Origin: Gemmatimonadota bacterium
Lineage (GTDB): Bacteria; Gemmatimonadota; Gemmatimonadetes; JACCXV01; JAHWKZ01
Length of the DNA: 62,060 nucleotides
Direction: 5' to 3'
Assembly (NCBI GenBank): GCA_046261835.1
Contig: JBHEOA010000102.1
Location: 1 to 62,060 of the forward strand
Below the pieces are notes generated by a model. It had not been told where the DNA came from and did no database searches. It saw only the letters and a list, made by a program, of their open reading frames with translations. How positions within the stretch are numbered: position 1 is the stretch's first letter; each line of letters starts with the position of its first letter. Positions 53,403 to 62,060 of the stretch are shown piece after piece. Made by a program: the position numbers and the translations under genes.

Positions 53403-54332
53403 GTGGAGCTCTTTCGGCGTGAGCTTCGCGCGGAGGCGGTAACGGCGGGGCTGGTCCTGTTGTCGCTCATCCTCCTCGCATTGCCGGAGGCGCGCCAGAC
53501 CGCACTCAGCCGCACCCTCAATCACGCGCTGCTCCTTCCCCTCACCGAGACTCGCGCGGAACTGACCGGCTACCTGAGGGTCCGCTCCGAGAATGCGCGG
53601 CTGCGGTCGGAGCTCCAGCGCGCACGGCTCGAGCGCTCCGTCGTTGAAACCGAAAACGCCGAAAATCAGGCGCTGCGAAGCCTTCTCAACTTCCGGGAGG
53701 GGCAACCGGTCCGCCTTTTGCCCGCCCGCGTCATCGATCGCGACTTCGAGATCCTGCCCACGACATTCCTGATCGACATCGGAGGTGAGGACGGCGTCCA
53801 GGAGAACTTGCCGGTCGTCAGTGACGAAGGGATGGTGGGCAAGGTCGTCGACGTCGGGCCGCGGGCCAGCATGGTGATGCTGTACAGTCACCCGGATTTC
53901 AGCGCCAGCGCATTGCTCGTGGGAGGCGACCACCTCGAATACGGCGTGATTCGCCCCGGGGGCGGGGGTGAGCTTCACCTTTACCTGCCACTGCGCTCCT
54001 CGTCGGAGCCGGGAGATCGAATCGTCACCTCGGGCTACGGCGGGACGTTCCCGCGCGGAATCCCGCTCGGAGAGGTGGCCCACGTTCAGGAGGACCGGCG
54101 CCTGGGGCTTCAGCGAATCGACGTCATCGATCCGGTCGTCGTACTCGGGGAAGTGACGGCCGTGTTCGTGCTGCGCCGAGCGACCGAGGCGGGAGAGTCG
54201 GCGGGTGACGTCCTGCGCTTGTTCTGGCCGGGGTATGCGTACCCGCCGATGGCGGGCGAGTTGCTGGGAGAAGGGAGCGCGGTCGACGTCGACACGTTAG
54301 GAGTGGACACGACAGGCGCCGCGGCGCCGTGA
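53403..54332 (+). CDS. mreC: Rod shape-determining protein MreC
   Basis: TM helix + coiled coil (ENARLR), A.VI.R, GMVGKV, GD.IVTSG.GG.FP.GIP.G. Confidence 0.9.
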   Translation: MELFRRELRAEAVTAGLVLLSLILLALPEARQTALSRTLNHALLLPLTETRAELTGYLRVRSENARLRSELQRARLERSVVETENAENQALRSLLNFREGQPVRLLPARVIDRDFEILPTTFLIDIGGEDGVQENLPVVSDEGMVGKVVDVGPRASMVMLYSHPDFSASALLVGGDHLEYGVIRPGGGGELHLYLPLRSSSEPGDRIVTSGYGGTFPRGIPLGEVAHVQEDRRLGLQRIDVIDPVVVLGEVTAVFVLRRATEAGESAGDVLRLFWPGYAYPPMAGELLGEGSAVDVDTLGVDTTGAAAP

Positions 54333-54826
54333 CGATCGGCACCCCGGCGGCCGGCGTCCTGCGTGCTCTCTCCCGCGGACGCTTTACGGCGTTCGCCCTG
54401 ACGTCGATCCTGATCGCCATCCTCCTCGAGGACGCGCTGGCTCTGGGGCCGGCGCGGCCGGACTTCGCGGTCGTCGTTCTCGTCTACGGCTCGATCCGCT
54501 GGGGGGCTATGGGAGCCGCGGTGCTGGGGTTCGGGCTCGGGCTCCTGCGCGACGTGCTGGTGCTCTACACCCTGGGTCTGCATGCGGTTGGGATGACGAT
54601 CCTGGGCTACGGCGTGGGAAAGCTTCGGGACACCCTCTACCTGAGCGCGCCGGCCGTCGATCTGGTCCTTCTGGCAGGGGCTAAGCTCCTGCTCGACATC
54701 ATCATCCTCAGCGCGACGGCCGGCGCCTGGTCGACGTGGGAGAGCCGCTTCTTCTGGGAGGCGCCCCTCAGCGCCTTGTACACCGCCGGTCTGGGTGGGT
54801 TGGCGTACCGGTTGTTCCAGTCGTAA
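54329..54826 (+). CDS. mreD: Rod shape-determining protein MreD
   Basis: Hydrophobic; PD...V, GLLRD, G...G; follows mreC. Confidence 0.82.
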   Translation: MTIGTPAAGVLRALSRGRFTAFALTSILIAILLEDALALGPARPDFAVVVLVYGSIRWGAMGAAVLGFGLGLLRDVLVLYTLGLHAVGMTILGYGVGKLRDTLYLSAPAVDLVLLAGAKLLLDIIILSATAGAWSTWESRFFWEAPLSALYTAGLGGLAYRLFQS

Positions 54827-54902
54827 AGGGGCTTCGGTCCAAGGTTTGCGTCAGACGGGTCAACTCCCTTATGTTGGGTAACCCTCTATCAATCGGACAG
54901 GG

Positions 54903-56759
54903 ATGAAGTTCGGCCCCATCGCGCACCAGACGCCTCTCTTCGATCCCGTTCGCCGAAACCGTCGTGCCCAGCTAGGGCGCGTAGTTGTGGCGAGCGTCAT
55001 GACTTTGCTGGCCGCCGCCTTCTTCAACGTCCAGATCGTCAATCATCCCGACTATGCGAGACGCTCGACCCACAACCAGGTCCGCACCATTCCGCTCGCC
55101 GCTCCACGCGGTGTGCTCTATGACCGCGACGGCGAGGTCATCGCCGAGAACCTTCCCGCGTATTCCGCCTCTCTGCTGCCTTCCTCCGAGGAGGCGTTGG
55201 AAGCGGGCATGACTCGTGTCGCTCCGATTCTGCGACTCGACGCCGCGCTGACGGACGAGCTGAAGCGGCAGTATCGGCTCGCTCCCGGCCAGCCGATCCT
55301 GCTCGACGGCGATCTCGATTATCGCACGCTGTCATTGCTCGAGGAGCTGCGGAGCGAGGTTCCCGGCCTGCTCCTCCAACCCAAGCCGCGGCGGCTGTAT
55401 TCCTACGGACCGGCCACCGCTCACGTGACCGGCTACGTCGCTCAGATCAGCGAGGCGGAGCTCGGCGAGCGGCGCGCCCGCGGGTACACCGCCGGTGACC
55501 TTCTAGGCAAGACCGGTCTCGAACGGATGTACGAGAGCGAGCTGCGCGGCGACAAGGGAGCGGAGTACCTGGAGGTCGACGCGATGGGCCGTCGGATCGG
55601 CCCCTGGTCGGTCAAGCCCTTCGAGGCGCCGAAACGGGGTCAGGATCTACAACTGACGGTCGACCTCGACCTTCAGCGCCGGGCAGCCGAGCTCTTCCCC
55701 GCGGAAAAGCGCGGCGCGGTGGTCGCGATCGATCCGCAGACCGGCGAAATCCTGCTTCTCTACTCCCATCCGACCTACGACCCCAACCTCTTCAGCGGCA
55801 GGATGACGCGCGCCGACTGGCGGCGCCTCGCCGAGGATCCCGCCCGGCCTCTTCTCAACCGCGCGATCCAAGCACGCTACGCGCCCGGCTCGGTTTTCAA
55901 GCTTGCGACCGCGGCCATGGCCATGACGCTGGGCGTCGTCGCCGAGGACGAGATCATGGATGTCCCCTGTCGCGGGGGGTATCAGTTCGGGAGCCGTTGG
56001 TTCGGCTGTCACAAGGTCCACGGATGGGCCGCCCTTCAAGACGCGATCATCACTTCCTGCGACACCTACTTCTATCAAGTCGGCCTGCGACTCGGGCTCG
56101 AGGAGCTGACGCGCTTCGGCACCGCGTGGCAATTCGCGGAGAAGACCGGGATCGACCTTCCCAACGAAACCGATGGCCATTTCCCTAGCTCCGCGGCCTG
56201 GTACGACGAGCGTTACGGCGCGGGCCACTGGGGCTCGGGGGTCGTGCTCAATCTGGCGATCGGTCAGGGCGAGATCGCGGTGACTCCGCTCAAGATGGCG
56301 CAATTCGTGGCGGCGGTCGTCAACGGCGGGGCGATGGTTCGGCCTCACTTGATGCAGAGCGATGCGCCTCCCGAAGTCGTCACACGGCTTCCGTTGTCGC
56401 GCGCTCAGTTCGCTCTTCTCAACAATTCGCTCAGCGGCGTGGTCAACGACTGGCGTGGGACCGCTTACAGCCGCGCCCACTACATGCCGCTGCGCTACAC
56501 CATCGGTGGCAAGTCCGGAACGACGGAGCACAGCGGCGAAGGAAAGCCTCACGGGTGGTTCGTCGCCGTCGGCCCCATGGAGAATCCCGAGATCGTGGTC
56601 GCAATCCTGGTCGAGGAAGGCGGCAGTGGGTCGGGGCAGAGCCCGATCGCCATTGATCTCGTCCAGACGTACCTCGATTCGCGACGCGGTCGCGGGCCAA
56701 CCGAGCCGTCACCGCCCCCGCCGGTCGCGCTCAGCGAGAGCGCCCCCGCCAGCGAGTAG
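54903..56759 (+). CDS. mrdA: Penicillin-binding protein 2
   Basis: APRG..YDR, GKTGLE, SxxK (SVFK), SCD, KSGT; synteny. Confidence 0.93.
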   Translation: MKFGPIAHQTPLFDPVRRNRRAQLGRVVVASVMTLLAAAFFNVQIVNHPDYARRSTHNQVRTIPLAAPRGVLYDRDGEVIAENLPAYSASLLPSSEEALEAGMTRVAPILRLDAALTDELKRQYRLAPGQPILLDGDLDYRTLSLLEELRSEVPGLLLQPKPRRLYSYGPATAHVTGYVAQISEAELGERRARGYTAGDLLGKTGLERMYESELRGDKGAEYLEVDAMGRRIGPWSVKPFEAPKRGQDLQLTVDLDLQRRAAELFPAEKRGAVVAIDPQTGEILLLYSHPTYDPNLFSGRMTRADWRRLAEDPARPLLNRAIQARYAPGSVFKLATAAMAMTLGVVAEDEIMDVPCRGGYQFGSRWFGCHKVHGWAALQDAIITSCDTYFYQVGLRLGLEELTRFGTAWQFAEKTGIDLPNETDGHFPSSAAWYDERYGAGHWGSGVVLNLAIGQGEIAVTPLKMAQFVAAVVNGGAMVRPHLMQSDAPPEVVTRLPLSRAQFALLNNSLSGVVNDWRGTAYSRAHYMPLRYTIGGKSGTTEHSGEGKPHGWFVAVGPMENPEIVVAILVEEGGSGSGQSPIAIDLVQTYLDSRRGRGPTEPSPPPPVALSESAPASE

Positions 56760-56761
56760 CA

Positions 56762-57985
56762 ATGGTCCGTCTGAGCTCGCGGCACAACTGGTATCTTCTG
56801 ACACTCGCTCTGATCCTCTCGGGGATCGGATTGGCGTTGCTCTACTCGGCGAGCCAGACCGCGCTCGGTCCGGCCAGCAATCGCTGGCAGTTCCAGATCG
56901 TGTGGTTGTTCCTCGCGCTGGTCGTCTACTTCGCCGTCGGGTTCTTCCCGATGCGGCTGGTCGAGAAGCTCGCCTGGCCCGCCTATCTCGGCGCCTTGAT
57001 CCTTCTGTGTGTGGTCCTGGCCTTGCCCGCCATCGCCGGAGCGCACTCCTGGATCCGGTTGGGGGCGGTCCAGTTCCAGCCGTCGGAGTTCGCCAAGCTG
57101 GCGACCATCCTGGTCGTGGCCCGATGGGCGGCACAGCTCGAGGCGCCTCCCCGGGACCTCACCGACCTGGCGATTCCAGCGGCGCTGGTGGCGGTTCCCG
57201 CCAGCCTCGTCCTGCTGCAGCCCGACCTCGGCACTGCCACGGTCTTCGTGATCTTGCTGGCTGGCCTCCTTTTCTGGGCGGGCACTCCGGTGTGGCTCGT
57301 CTTCCTCCTGCTCTCGCCCTTGTTCAGCATCCTGCTCGCTTTCTCTCTACCGTTGTGGTCGCTCTACATTCTGGCCGTTGGCGCGCTCCTCGTGCTGCGC
57401 AACCCGTCGCGACGGACGTGGGCCTACGTGGCGACGACCAACCTCTTCATGGGAACCGTCGCGCTGCCTCTGTGGAACTCCCTCCACGGCTACCAGAAGA
57501 AGCGGCTCCTCGTTTTTCTCCAGCCCGAGATCGATCCGCAGGGCGCTGGCTGGAACGTGATTCAGTCGAAGGTGGCCATCGGCTCCGGTGGTTGGATCGG
57601 CAAAGGATTCCTCGAGGGCACGCAAAAGCGCATGGGCTTCCTGCCCGAGCGCATGACCGACTTCATCTTCTCAGTCCTGGGAGAGGAGTTCGGATTCGTC
57701 GGCGTGCTTCTCGTCCTCGTGCTTTTCGCTCTGCTCCTGCTGGAAGGTGTGCGGATCGCGGAGCGGAACCCCGAACCATTCGCCAGCACGGTGGCGTTCG
57801 GGCTGGTGGCGCTGATCGCGAGCCACGTCACGATCAACACCGCGATGACCGTTGGGGTGATGCCGATCACCGGCTTGCCGCTGCCGTTTCTATCTCAGGG
57901 AGGCTCATTCCTCGTCGTGTGCTTCGGGGCGATCGCGCTATGGCGCCTGGCCTGGTCCGAACGCTTCGCCTCCAAGTGGCGATGA
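56762..57985 (+). CDS. rodA: Rod shape-determining protein RodA (SEDS)
   Basis: QPSEFAK, QPDLGT, IGSGG..GKG, LPERMTDFIF, GLPLPFLS.GG. Confidence 0.94.
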   Translation: MVRLSSRHNWYLLTLALILSGIGLALLYSASQTALGPASNRWQFQIVWLFLALVVYFAVGFFPMRLVEKLAWPAYLGALILLCVVLALPAIAGAHSWIRLGAVQFQPSEFAKLATILVVARWAAQLEAPPRDLTDLAIPAALVAVPASLVLLQPDLGTATVFVILLAGLLFWAGTPVWLVFLLLSPLFSILLAFSLPLWSLYILAVGALLVLRNPSRRTWAYVATTNLFMGTVALPLWNSLHGYQKKRLLVFLQPEIDPQGAGWNVIQSKVAIGSGGWIGKGFLEGTQKRMGFLPERMTDFIFSVLGEEFGFVGVLLVLVLFALLLLEGVRIAERNPEPFASTVAFGLVALIASHVTINTAMTVGVMPITGLPLPFLSQGGSFLVVCFGAIALWRLAWSERFASKWR

Positions 57986-58022
57986 CGCGAGTAAAAAATT
58001 TGCGGCAAAGAAGGAGGAGAGC

Positions 58023-58451
58023 GTGAAGAGCTTCCGAGTTTTGTTCGGTGGTGTCGCGTTCGCGCTGCTTGCAAGCTGTGGTGGAGGCGGCGGCTCTCCC
58101 ACGGAACCGCTTCTCAGTGTCTCTGGGCTTTGGATTGTGACGTCTCAGCTGTTACAAAACACCTGCGGGATCCAGATCCCGAACACCACAGTCACCAACG
58201 TCACGATCACACAGAGCGGCGTCCAGCTTACAGCACAGGGCGGAGACATCACCTACAGCGGAACGATCGACACGCGCACCGGGAACTTCACCATTTCTGC
58301 GTCAACCTCATCCGGGGGCATATCTGCCGTCGAAATCATATCCGGGCGCTTCAGCTCAAATACCCGGTTCTCATCAGAATCGCAAGCAACGTTCACGGAC
58401 GGTGTAGATAGCTGCGTGATCCGCAGCAGCGACGATGGTCGACGTCAGTAG
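58023..58451 (+). CDS. Hypothetical Ser/Thr-rich beta-strand lipoprotein
   Basis: AAGGAGG SD, lipobox LASC followed by G5; lower GC than the flanks. Confidence 0.75.
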   Translation: MKSFRVLFGGVAFALLASCGGGGGSPTEPLLSVSGLWIVTSQLLQNTCGIQIPNTTVTNVTITQSGVQLTAQGGDITYSGTIDTRTGNFTISASTSSGGISAVEIISGRFSSNTRFSSESQATFTDGVDSCVIRSSDDGRRQ

Positions 58452-58626
58452 TGGCCCTGCCTCTTGACCAAGCTGCCCTCGACGACTTCAAGGGCGCTCA
58501 GGATGCCCAAGATCAAGGCGTCGCGACGAGGAGATCCGAGGCGTACTGTTCCATGTACGCCGCAGGATTGACGAGGAGCGCAACGCAGAGGTTGGGCAAC
58601 TTCAGCGCCCGAACCTAGGAGGATCA

Positions 58627-59097
58627 TTGGCGGATAGGAGTGTCAACAAGGCTATTCTGATCGGCAACCTCGGCCGCGATCCCGAGCTCCGGCACACCTC
58701 CAGCGGCAAAGCGGTCGCGACGTTCACGGTGGCGACCAATCGCTCCTGGACGGGGTCGGACGGAACCTCACAAGAGGAGACCGAGTGGCACAACATCGTG
58801 GCTTGGGACCGGCTGGCCGAGATCTGTCAGCAGTATCTCCAGAAGGGCCGCAAGGTCTACATCGAAGGCAGAATTCAGACCCGCTCCTGGGACGACAAGC
58901 AGTCCGGACAGAAGCGGTACATGACCGAGATCGTAGCGAATCAGATGATCATCCTGGACACTCCAGGCAGCAGGGGCGAAGGGGGCTCGCGCGAAGGCGC
59001 GCGGCGCGGCCGGGCCACCGAAGGGGGCCGCGAGCGCGTTCCCGAGCCGGAGTTCCCGGAGGGCGATTACGCCGCGGACGACGATCTCCCGTTCTAG
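58627..59097 (+). CDS. ssb: Single-stranded DNA-binding protein
   Basis: [28 protein letters not shown]-terminal DDDLPF; AGGAGG SD. Confidence 0.96.
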   Translation: MADRSVNKAILIGNLGRDPELRHTSSGKAVATFTVATNRSWTGSDGTSQEETEWHNIVAWDRLAEICQQYLQKGRKVYIEGRIQTRSWDDKQSGQKRYMTEIVANQMIILDTPGSRGEGGSREGARRGRATEGGRERVPEPEFPEGDYAADDDLPF

Positions 59098-59107
59098 CCG
59101 GAGCGCT

Positions 59108-59872
59108 TTGATGCGTGCGGTGTTTCTGGGCCTGCTGATGTGGGCCGTGCCCGTAACAGCGCAAGAGGTCGAGCCCCCGATCCCGGCGCTTCTCGAGCCC
59201 ACGTTTCTGCTCTCGACCGCTCGCATCGTCTCTCCCGATGAATACAGGGGCGAGGGTGCCATCCTCGGCACGACCCGGGAAATCGCCATCCGCGATCAGA
59301 GCCTTACGGCGTCGGATCAGGTGTTCGTCCCTCACCCGCTGCGCGGACAGGCACTGCAGATCGGCGACGTGATCCAGTTCTACCAGATCGATCGCAGAAT
59401 CAACGATCCACTGACCGGCGGGCGGTTGGGATCGCTGTTGCTTCCGACCGGAATCGGCGTCGTCGACAGCCTGACCGGTGACGTGGCCCGGGTGCGCGTG
59501 ACGCACGCGTTCCGTCCGATCCTGATCGGAGACTTCGCGCGCGCCGTGCTCGAGAGCGACACCCTGGTCGTCGCCTCGGGAACGGGAATCAGCCCGGCCG
59601 TGGGACACGTCGTCGCTTTCCAGGAAGAGAAGGCGATCGTCCCACCGTTCGATCGGCTCTTCGTGCGGACGGGCGAGCCCGCGGCGCTGTCCCCGGGCGA
59701 GGTCGTCTCGATCTATCGGCCGGGGCCCGAGGAGGGAGGTGGCCGCATGCCCGACGTGCCGATCGGTCGCGGGATGGTGATCCGGGTCGAGGGCGAGATC
59801 GCGGCCGTCGTCCTGTTCGAGGTCGTTCGCAGCGATGCCGCTCCCGGCGACCTGTTCCGGCGCGTTCCCTGA
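59108..59872 (+). CDS. Secreted hypothetical protein with two similar beta domains
   Basis: Signal peptide (AVPVTA-Q); repeated GD/GE..xI(Y)R/Q...G...IG.GxV....G..A.V pattern. Confidence 0.65.
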   Translation: MMRAVFLGLLMWAVPVTAQEVEPPIPALLEPTFLLSTARIVSPDEYRGEGAILGTTREIAIRDQSLTASDQVFVPHPLRGQALQIGDVIQFYQIDRRINDPLTGGRLGSLLLPTGIGVVDSLTGDVARVRVTHAFRPILIGDFARAVLESDTLVVASGTGISPAVGHVVAFQEEKAIVPPFDRLFVRTGEPAALSPGEVVSIYRPGPEEGGGRMPDVPIGRGMVIRVEGEIAAVVLFEVVRSDAAPGDLFRRVP

Positions 59873-59893
59873 GCGGCTAACCGCCGACGGCAT

Positions 59894-59933
59894 GGAACTT
59901 CAAGCTCTCGGGGGGAACTTGAAGCTCTCGGGG
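59894..59933 (+). repeat. 20-bp tandem repeat x2 with poly-G tracts
   Basis: GGAACTTCAAGCTCTCGGGG / GGAACTTGAAGCTCTCGGGG (19/20). Confidence 0.85.
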
Positions 59934-59960
59934 GGGATATGATATCCTCGAAGGGGTGGT

Positions 59961-60467
59961 GTGTTGACGAAAAGAGCCCTCCTCTGGAGCTTGCTCGCGA
60001 CGTTCGTCGTGGTCGAATTCATGTCTCCTGCGACGGTCGGGGCACAATCTCCATCTGACTCCCTGGCTCAGCCTATGGGACCGACTTCGTCGGAAGAGGG
60101 GCCCACGCGCGAGGCCCAGACGGCGACCGCTCGCGTCTACCTGGATGACGAAGGAGCACCCACCGCTCCTCGATTGATGCCGCGTTACCGAGCGTTTCAG
60201 CGTGAGTTCGTGAGCGACTTCGGTACTCCGCGGATTACGGACCGCATCGATCCCCTGCTCGGCTTCAAGGCGCGTCTCCAGGAGCGATGGGGCGATACTT
60301 CTCTGTATCAATGGCTCGAGCGCGGACTCGCCTTCTACACCTGGGTCCAGGCGTCGACCAGCGGCGAGACCAAGGGGTTCGACTTCAAGGTGAGAACCGG
60401 CGACATGGCCGGCGGCAAGCTGGGGGTTCGCATGAGCCGCCCGCTGGGGAGCGGAGCGGTCGAGTAG
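59961..60467 (+). CDS. Secreted hypothetical protein
   Basis: GTG start, signal peptide (..TVGA-Q), C-terminal beta hairpin. Confidence 0.6.
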   Translation: MLTKRALLWSLLATFVVVEFMSPATVGAQSPSDSLAQPMGPTSSEEGPTREAQTATARVYLDDEGAPTAPRLMPRYRAFQREFVSDFGTPRITDRIDPLLGFKARLQERWGDTSLYQWLERGLAFYTWVQASTSGETKGFDFKVRTGDMAGGKLGVRMSRPLGSGAVE

Positions 60468-60484
60468 ACGCCATCGCCGATCTC

Positions 60485-61771
60485 ATGCTCCGTCGGCGCC
60501 TCGCGGGGCGCCTTCTTTTTATCGTTTCGTTCTTGCTCACCACGTGCAAGCCGGCGGCGCATCCACGTCCCGGTGAGAACCCTCCGCCCCGACCGACCTT
60601 CGCCGCCGAGCCGACGATCCGGGTGGCCGTCGTCACCGGCGACTCGGCTGTTGGACTCGAGGCGCCGGGCCGCTGGTGGATCCACGAGAGCGCGACGAGC
60701 CGACCGATCGCCGTGGTCGAGGGCGGTCCGCGGTGGCGGATCATCCGCCTCCCGTTCGAGAACGCCTTACGGGTCGAACGCCCCGACGGGTACGTGTCCC
60801 AACCCCACGCCGGGCCGCTGCGGGCCGCCCCCCTGGGGCCGGGATCCATCGTGGTCTCCGGTGCGAGTTATCCCGGGGGCGTGGAGGTCCGGCTCCAACC
60901 CGACGGATCGGTCGCGGCGATCAACGTCGTACCCCTCGAAACGTATCTCGAAGGAGTGGTGCCGAAAGAGATGGGCCGCCCCGGGGCCGACGCCTCCGAG
61001 GCCCTCAAGGCGCTGGCGGTCGCGGCGCGCACCTACGCGCTGAAGCGGCTGGGAAGCCGCCCCGCCCTCGGCTTCGACGTGTACGGAAGCGTCCAGGACC
61101 AGGCGTACCTGGGGATTCCCGATCCGGCCGACTCGACGGCGGTCCGCGCGGTACGTGAGACGCGCGGCGAGGCGCTGCTCTTCAACGGGTACCTGATCGA
61201 CGCCTTCTACCATTCTACCTGCGGCGGGCAGACGGCCCGCGTCGAAGAGGTCTTCGATTCGCCGCCCGCCCCTTATTTGACGTCGGTGAGCGACACGCGG
61301 CCCGACGGATCGGGATATTGGTGTCAGTCGTCGCGGTACTTTCGCTGGACCCAGGGCTTCGATCGGGCCGAGCTCGAGGCGATCGTCGCGCGGAACCTGC
61401 CCCAGATCATCCCGCCGCCGGACGGGGGTGTGGGTGAGCTGCGTGACCTCGAGCTGCTCAGGACGACGCCCGAGGGACGCGCGCGGACGTTGCGCGTGAC
61501 GACCTCGACCGGGGCCTACACCGTGGGCGATAACGCGATCCGGACGCTCTTCACCAATCCCGAAGGTGGCCTCCTGCGCTCGACGTTATTCCTCTTCCGA
61601 CCTCGTCGTGACCGTGGGCGGATCGAAGAGCTCGTCCTGACGGGGGGTGGTTGGGGGCACGGCGTCGGTCTGTGCCAGGTGGGAGCGATGGGCCGGGCCC
61701 GCGCCGGCCACCCCTATCGCGAGATCCTGGCCGCGTACTACCCGGGGACGGTCGTCGCGCCGCTCTACTGA
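60485..61771 (+). CDS. SpoIID/LytB-domain lytic transglycosylase-like lipoprotein
   Basis: Lipobox LTTC; INVVPLETYL.GVVP.E, ALKA.AVAARTYA, Q.Y.G, FYHSTCGG, G.GWGHGVGLCQ.GA. Confidence 0.9.
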   Translation: MLRRRLAGRLLFIVSFLLTTCKPAAHPRPGENPPPRPTFAAEPTIRVAVVTGDSAVGLEAPGRWWIHESATSRPIAVVEGGPRWRIIRLPFENALRVERPDGYVSQPHAGPLRAAPLGPGSIVVSGASYPGGVEVRLQPDGSVAAINVVPLETYLEGVVPKEMGRPGADASEALKALAVAARTYALKRLGSRPALGFDVYGSVQDQAYLGIPDPADSTAVRAVRETRGEALLFNGYLIDAFYHSTCGGQTARVEEVFDSPPAPYLTSVSDTRPDGSGYWCQSSRYFRWTQGFDRAELEAIVARNLPQIIPPPDGGVGELRDLELLRTTPEGRARTLRVTTSTGAYTVGDNAIRTLFTNPEGGLLRSTLFLFRPRRDRGRIEELVLTGGGWGHGVGLCQVGAMGRARAGHPYREILAAYYPGTVVAPLY

Positions 61772-61811
61772 CCACGAGACTCACCTCTCCGGTGGCGGAA
61801 CCGGTGATCGA

Positions 61812-61877
61812 CGGTTGAGCGCGAGCTCCCTGATCGGTTGAGCGCGAGCTCCCTAAATGGGTTGAGCGCGAGCCCCC
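61812..61877 (+). repeat. Three direct repeats with a 23-24 bp period
   Basis: GGTTGAGCGCGAGC(T/C)CCC at 61813, 61836 and 61860. Confidence 0.9.
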
Positions 61878-61895
61878 GAAGAGCGTTTATCGTCC

Positions 61896-62060
61896 GTGAA
61901 GCCGCCGGCCGCCATCCTGATCATCGCCGTGGGGGTAGGCCTGCACGTCTCGGCGTGCGCTCCTGGGAGGGCCTCGGCGCCGACCGGAAGTCGTGCCTCG
62001 GCGCCGCCGGAGAGTCGAGGCGCTGTTGCAGCGGTCCCGGCCCGATCGTCCGTGCCGCGG
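61896..62060 (+). CDS. Probable lipoprotein, 3'-truncated by the window edge
   Basis: GTG start, MKPPAAILIIAVGVGLHVSAC signal/lipobox, RASAP repeated twice; open to the window end. Confidence 0.45.
   Translation, partial: MKPPAAILIIAVGVGLHVSACAPGRASAPTGSRASAPPESRGAVAAVPARSSVPR

Noticed and set aside
61812-61877. Possible CRISPR array
   Set aside because: The repeats are separated by only a few nt (23-24 bp period), with no unique spacers and no cas genes.

Overview
GC-rich bacterial chromosomal window, almost entirely core genes on the + strand with extensive NTGA translational coupling. The organism is diderm (bamD, lolA, lptE, hldE). It is probably FCB-superphylum/Gemmatimonadota-like, an inference from the long SecA insertion and gene content, not verified. 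Gene order: two tandem Wzi-like outer-membrane proteins, nfuA (-), a nucleotide-sugar cluster (hldE-ugd-uxs-udk-gmd-cpsB-DUF4254), TPR-bamD-nadD, secA-rho-radC, a small basic orphan, rel/spoT-lolA-epimerase-uvrB-tsaE-tsaB-rimI-accD-folC-hisS-yfcE-guaA, an envelope module (TPR, LolB-like, lptE), HNH, antiporter, GT2, mscS, pgeF, the rimP-nusA-L7Ae-infB-DUF503-rbfA-truB-ribF-rpsO-pnp operon, ald-dut-mreBCD-mrdA-rodA, ssb and spoIID. I saw no tRNA, rRNA, CRISPR array, transposase, integrase or phage gene, and no obvious multi-gene novel system. The best leads are: a short Rho with an intact motor but a degenerate primary RNA-binding site; several unexplained long intergenic fold-back elements (notably a 31-bp inverted repeat after infB and a 153-nt rod before guaA); a basic AbrB-like orphan; a ~85-aa insertion in NusA KH2; a LolB-like lipoprotein; a probable CTG start for gmd; and short tandem repeat arrays near the 3' end.
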